Positions 9,327-18,667 of a stretch of DNA of 64,000 nucleotides are shown here, piece by piece. Origin of the DNA: Polyangiaceae bacterium (GTDB lineage Bacteria; Myxococcota_A; Polyangia; Polyangiales; Polyangiaceae); NCBI GenBank assembly GCA_043732195.1, contig JAYTHX010000316.1, positions 7,575 to 71,574 of the forward strand, written 5' to 3'. Below the pieces are notes generated by a model, which saw only the letters and a program-made list of their open reading frames with translations, ran no database searches and was not told where the DNA came from. The position numbers and the translations under genes were made by a program. The stretch's first letter is position 1; each line of letters begins with the position of its first letter.

Positions 9327-10097
9327 TCAGCGCTTGAACAGCTTCTTGAAGAAGCCGCCCACGCCCTCCTCTGCGGAGGCGGCCGCTTTCGCCGTCGCCC
9401 CCGCCTTCTCCTTGCGCATGGTGTAGATGCGCACCTCGCGGGCGGCATCCAGGTTGCTCGGGTTGAGCGCGGAGGCGCGCACGAAGTCGGCGTGCGCCTT
9501 GTCCGGCTGGTCGAGCCGCTTCCGCAGCTGACCGCGGTAGAAGTACGCGCGCTCCGACGTCGACTCGCGGCCGATCAGGCGGTCGAGGTCCGCGGCGAGC
9601 TCGCCGAGGCGCGACCGGCGGCTCTCGGGCTTCACCTGCAGCCACACCAGCAGCACCTGGTACTCGACGTTCGACGGCGCGAGATGCACCGCCTTCCGCA
9701 GATGCGCTTCGGCGCCCGCCGCGTCGTGTTTCTTCAGGAGCGCCTCGGCCTTGCGGAACTCGAGCGTGGCCTCGGCGCTCGAGATGTCCCCGGGCGTCGC
9801 CGCGGCCGCCGGCTTCGCGAGGTCGTCGAGGTATTGCTTCCGCCGGGCCGGATCGCTGAGCGTCGCGCGCGCGAGCTCGAGGCGCGCAAACAGCTTGCCG
9901 AGGAGCGGCCGTGCGTCCTCGAGGCCTGCGGGAATGCGATCGGGATGCCACGTCTTCGCGGCCCCCACGAACGCCTTCGTGACGTCCTCGAGGCTCGCCG
10001 TGCGCGGGACCCCGAGGGCGACGAAGTAGTCGGCCGCCAGCAGCTTCTGCGCCGCCTCGCGCAGGCCGTTCAGCTGCTTCTCGTGTTCGGGGCTCAT
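9327..10097 (-). CDS. DnaJ (J-domain) protein with TPR-like C-terminal region
   Basis: YFVALGVPRTASLEDVTKAFVGAAKTWHPDRIP contains the HPD motif. It is followed by helical repeat sequence. Confidence 0.8.
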   Translation of the reverse strand: MSPEHEKQLNGLREAAQKLLAADYFVALGVPRTASLEDVTKAFVGAAKTWHPDRIPAGLEDARPLLGKLFARLELARATLSDPARRKQYLDDLAKPAAAATPGDISSAEATLEFRKAEALLKKHDAAGAEAHLRKAVHLAPSNVEYQVLLVWLQVKPESRRSRLGELAADLDRLIGRESTSERAYFYRGQLRKRLDQPDKAHADFVRASALNPSNLDAAREVRIYTMRKEKAGATAKAAASAEEGVGGFFKKLFKR

Positions 10098-10129
10098 GGC
10101 GTCAGCACCAGCCTACCGAACGGCGAGGC

Positions 10130-10375
10130 TCAGTTGGGGGTGGGATGCGTCCGCGCCCAGGGATGGCCGTCCGGGCAGCCGTCCTTCGGCTCCTTGCCGA
10201 GGCCATCTTCCTTCTTGTCCGGGCACTTGTCGTCGGCGTCGGGGACGCCGTCGCCGTCGGCATCGCCTGCAGCGCCGGCGTTCGATTCGGGAGACGCCGG
10301 CGGCGGGGTCTCACCACACGCCACGGCCGCGAGCATCAGCGTGACGCCAAGCGCCACCAGGGTGTTCTTCATCAT
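10130..10375 (-). CDS. 81-aa lipoprotein with a thrombospondin type-3-like Ca-binding repeat (Pal/OmpA N-terminal-like, no OmpA_C domain)
   Basis: MMKNTLVALGVTLMLAAVAC has a lipobox. GDADGDGVPDADDKCPDKKEDGLGKEPKDGCPDG follows. Start at ATGATG 10375. Confidence 0.6.
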   Translation of the reverse strand: MMKNTLVALGVTLMLAAVACGETPPPASPESNAGAAGDADGDGVPDADDKCPDKKEDGLGKEPKDGCPDGHPWARTHPTPN

Positions 10376-11615
10376 CGCTTGACCTCTGCCGCGCAGCCTC
10401 GTGCGGATGGCCGGCGAGGGCAAGAGTTTCGACGGGCCGCGCGGAAAAGCGATCCGCCGGGTCGCTCTCCGCGCAGAGCCTCCCTGCCGCCACCGGCACG
10501 ATGGGCCGCGCGAGGAAGTAGACGCCAGGCAGCGCGAGGATCGCGCGCGCGAGGGCCAGGCCGAGGAACGCCGGCATCGAGCGCTCGAACGTGGCGGCCG
10601 CCGGGTTGACGCTCCGCGTGAGCCGCGCCCAGATCCGCGCATACAGCCGCAACGGCGCGACGAGGCGGCCACGCTCGACCCGGCGCGCGAGCGCGCGGAT
10701 GGGCAGGGGCGGAAGCGCGGTCGCCTCGTCGGCCCACGCATGCGCGCTCTTCGAGGCCGAGAAGATCCCTAGCCAGTACCAACCCCATAGCGTGAGCGCG
10801 ATCGTGAAGAGCACGCCGCCGATCGTCGGCACGAGGCGGAGCGGCAGGAAAGCGGGCACGCCAGCCCCGAACACGATGTAGCCGCGCACCCGGCGCTTCG
10901 CCTTGCGGTAGGCCCACTTCAGGTCGAAGCCGAGACCTGGCGTCCTTGGCGCGTCGTCCTCGGGCCGGATCGCCGCGAGGCGCGACGCGTGGAACGAGAG
11001 CCAGTCGTCCCAGCGGCGCGAGACGAAGACGATGAGGCCCTCGAGCACGGAGAGGAACGCGAAGAGCGCGAGGACCCACGCCCAGCGCTCGCGCGCCACC
11101 TTCCAGATCCGCTGCGCGGCGGTGGGCGGCTCGGGCGGCGCCGCGGGAACGGAGGGAGGGGCGCCATCGTCGGGCGTCACGCTCGGCACCTCGTGACCGA
11201 GCACCTTCACCCGCTGCTCGTCCTCGTCGGGGTCGATGTCCACGTCGAGGCCCGGCACGTGGACGTGCACCGGCTCGGTCTTCGCGCCGCCATCGCGATC
11301 GCCGTGGTGGTGTTGTCTCGTCGAGCGGATCACCACCCCGTGCGTGACCGGCCGCTCCGCTCGCGTGGAGATCGCGCCGTTCGCCACGCTCACGCCCGCC
11401 ACCACCGCGAGCACCACCGTGCGCACCACCGTCACCCGCACGTACGGCCCGCAGAGCTGCGGATCCCGGAGCGTCGCCGCCATGAGCGTGAACGGCAGGA
11501 AGAACCCGTGAAGGAACGTGCGCTCGCTCTCGCGCGGCGGCGGCAGCGTGGCGTTGCCACGGAGCGTCGCCCGATGCACCGCCAGGGAGCGCCGCTCTCG
11601 TTCGATGACGCTCAT
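10311..11615 (-). CDS. multi-pass membrane protein (possibly EI24/CysZ-like) with a His/Asp-rich insertion
   Basis: Start at ATG 11615, 8 nt after the upstream stop. Several hydrophobic helices (FFLPFTLMAATL, WAWVLALFAFLSVLEGLIVFV, VPAFLPLRLVPTIGGVLFTIALTLWGWYWLGIF). GC3 decays over the last ~40 codons, which overlap the next gene by 65 nt. The family assignment is tentative. Confidence 0.6.
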   Translation of the reverse strand: MSVIERERRSLAVHRATLRGNATLPPPRESERTFLHGFFLPFTLMAATLRDPQLCGPYVRVTVVRTVVLAVVAGVSVANGAISTRAERPVTHGVVIRSTRQHHHGDRDGGAKTEPVHVHVPGLDVDIDPDEDEQRVKVLGHEVPSVTPDDGAPPSVPAAPPEPPTAAQRIWKVARERWAWVLALFAFLSVLEGLIVFVSRRWDDWLSFHASRLAAIRPEDDAPRTPGLGFDLKWAYRKAKRRVRGYIVFGAGVPAFLPLRLVPTIGGVLFTIALTLWGWYWLGIFSASKSAHAWADEATALPPLPIRALARRVERGRLVAPLRLYARIWARLTRSVNPAAATFERSMPAFLGLALARAILALPGVYFLARPIVPVAAGRLCAESDPADRFSARPVETLALAGHPHEAARQRSSDDEEHPGGAWRHADARGRGVW

Positions 11616-11622
11616 GCGCGGG

Positions 11623-13317
11623 TTACGCGCGCGCGCGTGGCGCTTCGCTCTTTGCTGTGCCGGCGAGCCGCTCGACGCGCCCGTCGAGGAACCCGAAGAC
11701 TGCCTGCTCACCCCAGGCGACGCGCGCCGCGCCGGTGAGGCTGACATCTTCCATCGTCGCGCCGCGCGGCCCGAGCTTCACCATGCCCGCGGTGCCGTCG
11801 GCGAAGACGCAGGCGAGGCGCCTGCCGCCGCTGTCGAAGGCCAGCGAGACGGGCGTCTCGCGCACGCGCAGCCGCGCCAGGACCTTGCCCTTCGCGGGGT
11901 CGAGCAGCGCGATGCTGCCGTCGTCAGCGCCGGAGGCCACGATGCGCCCGCGCGGATCGCACGCGAGGCACGTGACGGCGAACGCCTCGTCGTGCGGCTC
12001 GAGCCGGTGCACCACCTTGGGCTCGGTGACGTCGACCACGAACACGCGGCCGTCGAGCGCGCCAGTGCCCACCACGAGATACTTACCGGGGAGCCGCGCG
12101 AGCGCGGTGATGTCGCCGTCGGAGAGCGCGTAGCTCGTGACGTGCGTGGCGGTCGCGAGGTCGTAGACGTCGACCGACCCGACGTCGGTCCCGGCGAAGG
12201 CGTAGTCCTCGTCGGCCGCGAACGCCGAGGCCGGAGTGCGCAGCGCGAGCGGGCGCGGCGCGTCCCACGGCGGCGCGAACTTGACGATTACCCGGGTAGT
12301 GGCGGCGATCAACAGATCTCCGCGCGCCACGTGGACCGCCATGATCGACTCTCCGAGCGGACGTGCGGCGAGCTCGGCGCCGCCGCGGAGCACACGCACG
12401 TTGCCTGCGCCGTCGCCCACCGCCACCAGGTCGCCGCGCGACGCGAGTGACGTGATGGGCGCGGAGGCGCGCTTCGCGACGTCGAGCTCGGCCCGCGGGA
12501 ACGCCCGGACCGCCGGCTCTTCACCACCGCTGAAGAGGGTCTTTTTCCCGAGGGCGAGCGAGGTCAGCGCGCCCTGCTCGGCCTCGAACGCGCCGCCCGG
12601 CTCGCCGGTAGCGGACGCGAAGGCGTGGATCCAGCCGGTGTCGGTCGCGCAGACCACCCATTCGCCGTCGGCGACGAGCGCGGTCACCTTGTCGCGCGCG
12701 CGCACGCGGCGGATCGTCTTCTTCGTCGCGACGTCGACCCAAACCAGCCAGTCGCCGAGCGCGAGGACGACGCGCGCGGGGATCTCGCCGCTGGGCGCGA
12801 TGGTCGCGAGGCGCCAGTCGCTCGCGGGCTCGGTGGAGGCGAGGTGCAGCGTGCCGACCGTCGCGCCGTCGCGCATGGCGGTGAACGCGAGCGTTCCGTC
12901 CTCGGCGAGCGCCACGACGTGACCGGGGACGATCGCGACCGTCAGCCACGCGCCGGGCACCGACCAGCGTTGCTTGCCGGCATGCGTCCACAGCTCGAGC
13001 GAGTCGGTGCGCGCCACCGCCACGCCGTCGACCGCGACCGCGAACGCCGTCACGTCGGTCCCGCCGTCGGCGAAGACCGCGAGCTTGCCCTTCACCGGCT
13101 TCGCGTTGCTCGGCGCGAGGCTCGTCGTGCCGGGCACGCGCACGAGCCACGCATCGGCGAACGGCACGGCCTGCACGGCGCCCCTGGGGAGCGCGGTCTC
13201 CGCGGTGCGCTTGCCCGCGGCGTCGTAGCTGCCAAGCGCGCCGCTCTCTTCGACCGCCGCGACACCCTCGCCGCGCAGCGCGAGCGTCCGCGCGCCGGAG
13301 TTGCCCTTCGCCTTCAA
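11623..13317 (-). CDS. WD40/PQQ-like beta-propeller repeat protein
   Basis: Repeated ..DG.V.V.D.. blades (GALDGRVFVVDV, ASGADDGSIALLD, FADGTAGMVKL). Only the C-terminal ~564 aa of the 882-aa track ORF is in a coding-like frame. The proposed TTG start at 13317 overlaps the tolB stop (TTGA), and the start is uncertain. Confidence 0.65.
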   Translation of the reverse strand: MKAKGNSGARTLALRGEGVAAVEESGALGSYDAAGKRTAETALPRGAVQAVPFADAWLVRVPGTTSLAPSNAKPVKGKLAVFADGGTDVTAFAVAVDGVAVARTDSLELWTHAGKQRWSVPGAWLTVAIVPGHVVALAEDGTLAFTAMRDGATVGTLHLASTEPASDWRLATIAPSGEIPARVVLALGDWLVWVDVATKKTIRRVRARDKVTALVADGEWVVCATDTGWIHAFASATGEPGGAFEAEQGALTSLALGKKTLFSGGEEPAVRAFPRAELDVAKRASAPITSLASRGDLVAVGDGAGNVRVLRGGAELAARPLGESIMAVHVARGDLLIAATTRVIVKFAPPWDAPRPLALRTPASAFAADEDYAFAGTDVGSVDVYDLATATHVTSYALSDGDITALARLPGKYLVVGTGALDGRVFVVDVTEPKVVHRLEPHDEAFAVTCLACDPRGRIVASGADDGSIALLDPAKGKVLARLRVRETPVSLAFDSGGRRLACVFADGTAGMVKLGPRGATMEDVSLTGAARVAWGEQAVFGFLDGRVERLAGTAKSEAPRARA

Positions 13318-14633
13318 TTGCCCTCCCAGCGAAGGCTCTCGCCGGTGACGCTGGCGATCTTCTGCTGATTTTGCCCCTGCGGGTTGGAGAGGTAGAGGCC
13401 GCCGCGCGTCGAGAAGAAGGCCACCGTGCGGCCATCGGGCGAGCACGCCGGGTACGTGTTCGAGCCCTGGTCCTGCGTGAGGCGCTTCATGTTGCCGCCG
13501 CTGGGGTCGATGCTGAAGATGTCCCACGTCCCGCCGTCGCGGCCCATGAAGAGGATCTTCACGCCCTCGGGATCGTTGCACCACACGGGGGCCATGTTGT
13601 ACGTGCCGCGGAAGCTGACGCGCTTGCCGTCGACGTAGATCTGCGGGTTGCCACCGGCGTTCGAGACGTACGCGAGCTGGCCGCCGGGGCCGAATGCGGG
13701 ATGCGTGTTGAGGCCGCCTGCCGTGACCTTCGCGAGGCCGGTGCCGTCGGGCGCGCCGGTCCAGATGTCGCTCTGGCCGTTCTGCGAGACGACGACCGCC
13801 ATCTTCGCGCCGCCGAAGGCCACGCCGAAGACCAGGCCGGGCTGCTTCATCACCGGCGTCGTGCCGGGGAGCTTGAAGAGCTGGTAGCTGCCGTCGGGCA
13901 AACCGCCGGCGTAGAAGATCCCGCCCGGGCCGACCGCGGGCGCGAGCGCGACGTTCGAGACGGCGGTCATGCGACCGAGGCCCTGGCCGTCGCTGTCGAC
14001 GCCGAAGATCCCCTTCTGGCCGCGTCCCGTGGTGGCGCTGAAGACGAGCCTCGAGCCGAAGCTCGACGCGGTGCCGGTGAAGTACTTGACCACCTCGTTG
14101 TCGAACTGGTGGACGGCGCCGCGCACCGCGTTCGGAAGCACGTCGTACTCCTTCTTGAGCACGGCATCCGAGCCGCGCGAAACGACGTAGAGGCGCAGCT
14201 CGAGGTGCACCTTGTCGCCGCGCATCGCAGAGTTGCCCTTCACGACGCCCTCGGCGCCGATGGTGCGCCACGACGCGGGGTCGATGGCGAGGCCCTCCTT
14301 CTCCAGGTTCGCGGTGAAGCTCTTGGGATCGAGCACCTGGAAGAGCGACGACAGCGTGAAGTCACGACCGGCGGTCTCGGTCACCGAGCTCGAGATCGAG
14401 GGGTCCCCCGGGAGCGGGGCGACGGCGATCTTGAAGAGCGCGCGCGCGCCGCCCGAGACGACGATCTGCGTGACGCCGCCGGCGTTCGATGCCGCGGGCA
14501 ACGCGCTCGCGGTCGGCGCGGCGCTCCCCGCGGGCTGCTGCGCGGACGCGGAGCCCGAGATCGAGATCCAGGCCGCCGCGGCGGTGGCCACGGCGATCGG
14601 GAGCAGACGAAAAGCAAAGCGCCTCACTTGCAT
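13314..14633 (-). CDS. tolB: Tol-Pal system beta-propeller protein TolB
   Basis: Signal peptide MQVRRFAFRLLPIAVATAAAAWISISGSASAQ, a TolB N-domain and then propeller blades (YPACSPDGRTVAFFSTRGG). Start at ATG 14633, overlapping the tolA-like stop. Confidence 0.85.
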   Translation of the reverse strand: MQVRRFAFRLLPIAVATAAAAWISISGSASAQQPAGSAAPTASALPAASNAGGVTQIVVSGGARALFKIAVAPLPGDPSISSSVTETAGRDFTLSSLFQVLDPKSFTANLEKEGLAIDPASWRTIGAEGVVKGNSAMRGDKVHLELRLYVVSRGSDAVLKKEYDVLPNAVRGAVHQFDNEVVKYFTGTASSFGSRLVFSATTGRGQKGIFGVDSDGQGLGRMTAVSNVALAPAVGPGGIFYAGGLPDGSYQLFKLPGTTPVMKQPGLVFGVAFGGAKMAVVVSQNGQSDIWTGAPDGTGLAKVTAGGLNTHPAFGPGGQLAYVSNAGGNPQIYVDGKRVSFRGTYNMAPVWCNDPEGVKILFMGRDGGTWDIFSIDPSGGNMKRLTQDQGSNTYPACSPDGRTVAFFSTRGGLYLSNPQGQNQQKIASVTGESLRWEGN

Positions 14634-15427
14634 CGCGAAGTATCTCCGTGGGGGTCGCCGAGGATCGCGAGCTGCACCGTTCGAGAACGGTACTGCTCGT
14701 CGAGCTCCTTCGGAGGTTGCGGAAGGGCGGTCTTGTCCTCGAGCAGCTTGAGCAGCATCGAGCGCGCCGCGTCGTCGAAGAGCGGGTTGCCGCTCGACTT
14801 CACGGGCTCCTGCCGGACGTGCCAGATCACCATGTTGCGGCCGACGCGCATCTCGAACACCACGCACAAGCGCCGTGCCTCGCCGACCGAGATGATGGTC
14901 GGCACGTGGTTGCGTTCGGCGAAGAACTGCCCGAGCTGCGCGGCGTACATGTCCCCGGCCTTGACCTTGTTGGGGTCGGTCTCCTGCCCGCCGTCGATCC
15001 CTGCCGCGTGGCCTTCTTCGATGCGCGGCTTGCCGGCATCTTCCGCGAACGGGTCGGACTTCGCGATCAGGTTCATGACGTCGGAGTCCTGGGCGAGCGG
15101 CGGCGGCGGAGCCCCGGCGTCCTTCTTTCCCGGGGTGGGATCCTCGCGAGACGCCACGACCTGCTTCCTGGGCGCGGTCTTCTGCTGCGGAACAAAGCGC
15201 TCGGGCAGCTTCTTGGGGTCGATCGGCTTGCCGAGCTTGAGCAGCGACGCCTGGATGACCGGCCGCGCCACGAGCGGCTTCTCCTCCGCCTGGAGCGCGC
15301 TCGGCCACACCGCGCGCGCCACGAACGGCCCCAGCGCGAGCAAGTGCAGCGCGATGGCCACCACGACCCCCAGGACGAGCTCGTCCGAGGTGTAGCGGGG
15401 GGTGTAGGGGACGCCGGGGAGCTTCAT
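14624..15427 (-). CDS. tolA: TolA/TonB-like energy-transducing protein
   Basis: N-terminal TM helix (LVLGVVVAIALHLLALGPFV), a Pro/Lys-rich linker and a TonB_C-like end. Its position is between tolR and tolB. Confidence 0.7.
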   Translation of the reverse strand: MKLPGVPYTPRYTSDELVLGVVVAIALHLLALGPFVARAVWPSALQAEEKPLVARPVIQASLLKLGKPIDPKKLPERFVPQQKTAPRKQVVASREDPTPGKKDAGAPPPPLAQDSDVMNLIAKSDPFAEDAGKPRIEEGHAAGIDGGQETDPNKVKAGDMYAAQLGQFFAERNHVPTIISVGEARRLCVVFEMRVGRNMVIWHVRQEPVKSSGNPLFDDAARSMLLKLLEDKTALPQPPKELDEQYRSRTVQLAILGDPHGDTSRCK

Positions 15428-15482
15428 GGGGAAAGCGAGACGACTCTAGCGCGCGGGCGGCTCCAGCACGACCTCTCCGGCA

Positions 15483-15908
15483 TCACTTCACGACCATCGG
15501 ATCCGTGAGCATTCCGAGCTTCTCGACGCCGGCGCCGCGCGCGGCGGCCATCACGCGGAGGACGGCGCCGTACTTCACGTTCTCGTCGGCCTGGACGTAG
15601 AGCTCCTTCTCCTCCTGCAGACGAGCGTTCGTCTTCAGCTTGTCCTCGACAGCGGCCGTGATCTCGTCCTTGCCGAGATAGACGTGCTCGTCGGCGGTGA
15701 TGATGACGAGCAGCTTCGCGTCGTCCATCTGCATCGGCGCGCTCTTCACCTTCGGGAGATCGACCTGCACGCCGGTGGTGAGCAGCGGCGCGGTGACCAT
15801 GAAGATGACGAGGAGCACGAGCATGACGTCGATGAGCGGCGTCACGTTGATCTCGTTCATGCCCCCCATGCGGCCGCGGCGCCTCCCGCCTCCGCCTCCG
15901 CCTCCCAT
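15483..15908 (-). CDS. tolR: ExbD/TolR family protein
   Basis: MNEINVTPLIDVMLVLLVIFMVTAP is diagnostic. Start at ATG 15908 (MGGGGGGG...). Confidence 0.9.
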   Translation of the reverse strand: MGGGGGGGRRRGRMGGMNEINVTPLIDVMLVLLVIFMVTAPLLTTGVQVDLPKVKSAPMQMDDAKLLVIITADEHVYLGKDEITAAVEDKLKTNARLQEEKELYVQADENVKYGAVLRVMAAARGAGVEKLGMLTDPMVVK

Positions 15909-15916
15909 GCCCACGG

Positions 15917-16678
15917 CTAGATCCCTCCGAGCTTGGCGCGCGCGGCCACGTCCGCCGCGAACGAGTCCATGACGTCGGCGAGCTCGCCGACGCGGCGCGC
16001 GAAGAAGTTGTACGCCATGACGCTCGGGATGGCCGCGACCAGCCCGATCGCGGTGGCGATGAGCGCCTCGGCGATCTTCGGCGCGACCACCGGGAGGTTC
16101 GCGCTCTGCTGGTTCCCGATGCTGAGGAACGCGTCCATGATGCCGTACACGGTGCCGAAGAGGCCGATGAACGGCGCGGTCGAGCCGATGGTGCCGAGCA
16201 GGCTCATCCACGACTCGAGGTGCGTGACCTCCGCCGCCGACGCGCGCCGCGTGATGCTCTCGACGTGTACGCCCTGCGCATCGTCGAGGCGCTTGCCTCG
16301 CTCGCCCTTGGTGAGGCGGACCATCTCGTCGTAGCCGGTGGCGAAGATGCGCGCGAACGGCGAGCCGCGGAACGGCGCGAGGCCCTGCGCCGCGAGGCCG
16401 TCGAGCGTACCCGCTGCGTCGAAGGCCTTCATGAACTTCTCGGAGTCGCTCCGGGCGCGCGCGATGTGCAGCGCCTTCGCGAAGATGATGACCCAGCAGA
16501 GGAGCGAAAACGCCGCCAGGACCACGATCACGAGCTTCACCGGGACCGATGCATGAAGCACCAGCTGCATCGGGTCGAGCTTCGGCGGGTCCGCAGCGGG
16601 ACCGGCGCCCGGCGCCATCCCGGGCGGCACTTGCAGCATGTGGAGCGAGTCCAGCAAGGCGAAGCCGATGGCGTTCAT
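15917..16678 (-). CDS. tolQ: MotA/TolQ/ExbB proton channel protein
   Basis: LGTIGSTAPFIGLFGTVYGIMDAF...IAEALIATAIGLVAAIPSVMAYNFF. Start at ATG 16678. Confidence 0.9.
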   Translation of the reverse strand: MNAIGFALLDSLHMLQVPPGMAPGAGPAADPPKLDPMQLVLHASVPVKLVIVVLAAFSLLCWVIIFAKALHIARARSDSEKFMKAFDAAGTLDGLAAQGLAPFRGSPFARIFATGYDEMVRLTKGERGKRLDDAQGVHVESITRRASAAEVTHLESWMSLLGTIGSTAPFIGLFGTVYGIMDAFLSIGNQQSANLPVVAPKIAEALIATAIGLVAAIPSVMAYNFFARRVGELADVMDSFAADVAARAKLGGI

Positions 16679-16760
16679 GGCCCCCTTATCATCCCGTCCC
16701 CGAGGTGGTGTCAAACCCGGACCGCTTGTATGCGGCGCGGTCCGATCGTAAGACGCGGGG

Positions 16761-17723
16761 GTGCCGCGCGCCCGCTTGCCCTTTGCGTTCCTAGCTTGCC
16801 TGCCCGGCGCCGCCTTCGCCGCGGGAGCGGTGCTCCTCGGCCTCGCGTGCGGCAGCACGAGCACCGAGACGCTCTTCCCGCCCATCACCGGCGTGACGGT
16901 GAAGGCCGAGAGCCTCACCAGCGGCCTCGGCTGCGGCACCGGTGCCACGCAGATCTTCAAGTACGCGGTGGTCGTCAGCACGCCGGTGCCGAACGCGGTG
17001 GACGCGCCGCCCGTCTACGCGGCGAGCAACCTCTACGACTGCTTCACGGACGGGACGTTCGTCGATCTTCCGGACATCGGGATCGCGCGTTACGACATCA
17101 AGGTCTACGCCTACAGCCGCGCGGCCTTCACCGCGGCCGGGGCCGACGTGGTCGCCACCATCGTCAACCGGATGAACGCGAACCGCGGCCACATCCTGGC
17201 CGATGCCGGCGGCGCAAACGAGCAGGCGGCCATCGCTGCCGACCTCGTGCTGCTCCGGAGCACGAACCCCACGTACTCGACGACGTGCAGCGCGTCGCAG
17301 CTCCAGCTCGTGCAGTCGCTCGCGGCCTGCAAGCCCCTCAAGCTCGGGACCTCCGGCCTCGATCCGGTCGGCACCGAGGCGGGCGCCCCGGGCGCGGCGA
17401 CGGTCCTCCTCCCGCTCGCGCGTTTCGACAAGGTGGGCGCCGGCGCGGGCGTCACGTGCGACGACCAGTACGTCGCCGTCCGCACCACCGTCCGGGTCGG
17501 GAGCGGCGCAGCCTCCGAGCCGACCGACACGCGCTGCAGCGGGTTCGGGGACGCGGGGCTCACGTCCGCGACCATCACCATCTCCCCTGCCGAGGCTCCC
17601 GCCTCGTACGCGTTCACCGCCACGCTCCTCCGCGCGGACGGCATCGCCCTCGGCGCCACCACCTGCGCCGCCGAGACCAGCCCGGGCCTCACGAGCACGG
17701 CGGTCTGCCAGCCACTGCCCTAG
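16761..17723 (+). CDS. hypothetical lipoprotein (Cys-rich)
   Basis: Signal peptide with lipobox ..AVLLGLAC, good GC3. No family recognised. Confidence 0.6.
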   Translation: MPRARLPFAFLACLPGAAFAAGAVLLGLACGSTSTETLFPPITGVTVKAESLTSGLGCGTGATQIFKYAVVVSTPVPNAVDAPPVYAASNLYDCFTDGTFVDLPDIGIARYDIKVYAYSRAAFTAAGADVVATIVNRMNANRGHILADAGGANEQAAIAADLVLLRSTNPTYSTTCSASQLQLVQSLAACKPLKLGTSGLDPVGTEAGAPGAATVLLPLARFDKVGAGAGVTCDDQYVAVRTTVRVGSGAASEPTDTRCSGFGDAGLTSATITISPAEAPASYAFTATLLRADGIALGATTCAAETSPGLTSTAVCQPLP

Positions 17724-17785
17724 TTCTGGGCGGCGGCAAGGCGCTCCTTGCCCGCGCTTCGCCACGAAACTAGAGTCAGGGGAGG

Positions 17786-18667
17786 ATGAGAGAGCCCGCG
17801 GACGTCATGATGGGTGCGTTTCCGCGTCCCGGACGCGCCCTGAAGGCCGTGCTCGTTCTCGTCGGCGCGTTCGCCATCATCGGGGCGATCGTCTTCAACT
17901 GGGCGCCCGGCCCTCCGCGCGGCGTCGAGCTGCTGCACTGGGTCGACTTCAGCCCCGAGACCATCCTGGCAAGGCCGTGGATGGCCTGGACGCTCGTGAC
18001 CTCGGGCGTGCTCACCGACCCGAGTCACTTCGGCCACGCGCTCTGGTCGCTGGTCGGGCTCTACTTCCTCAGCACCGACCTCGAGAAGAAGTGGGGCGGC
18101 GCGGGGCTCATCCGCTTCTTTGCGCTGAGCGTCCTGATGGGCAACCTGTTCGTCCTCGCGGTCGACCGCGCGCTGCCCACGCTCTCGCAGGTCTTCTTCC
18201 ACCCCGGGCACGTCATGGGGCCGACCGCCGCCATCACCGCCACCGCCATCGCGTGGGCCAAGGAGAACGCGGACCGTCAGTTCCGCTTCATGTTCGTGCT
18301 GCCCATGAAGGGCAAGGCGCTCTACTGGATCACGATCGGCTTCGCGGTCCTGTCGCTCGTCTTCATGCAGGGCGGACCCGAGGGCGGCGCGGCGCCGTTC
18401 GGCGGCATCCTCGCGGGCTGGATCTTCGGCGGCACGCCCTCGCCCGCGCGCTCGCTCTGGTTGAAGATCAAGCTCGGGCTCCTGCGCCGGAACGGCACGA
18501 AGCTCACCGTCGAGTCGATGATGGCCGACCCCGATGCGCCGCGCTCCTCGACGCGCGGCGCGCCTCGCCGCGCGGCCAAGGGCGGCCCGGCGCAGCGGCT
18601 CGTGCAGGGCGGCGACGACGACGACGACGACCGCAAGCCGCCGAAGGACAAGCGGTATCTGAACTGA
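17786..18667 (+). CDS. rhomboid-like membrane protein with non-canonical catalytic positions
   Basis: Six or more TM helices with a rhomboid-like layout ([28 protein letters not shown]; [10 protein letters not shown] where GxSG is expected; PFGGILAGW where H is expected). Poly-Asp tail. The stop overlaps the pyrB ATG (TGATG). Confidence 0.55.
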   Translation: MREPADVMMGAFPRPGRALKAVLVLVGAFAIIGAIVFNWAPGPPRGVELLHWVDFSPETILARPWMAWTLVTSGVLTDPSHFGHALWSLVGLYFLSTDLEKKWGGAGLIRFFALSVLMGNLFVLAVDRALPTLSQVFFHPGHVMGPTAAITATAIAWAKENADRQFRFMFVLPMKGKALYWITIGFAVLSLVFMQGGPEGGAAPFGGILAGWIFGGTPSPARSLWLKIKLGLLRRNGTKLTVESMMADPDAPRSSTRGAPRRAAKGGPAQRLVQGGDDDDDDRKPPKDKRYLN

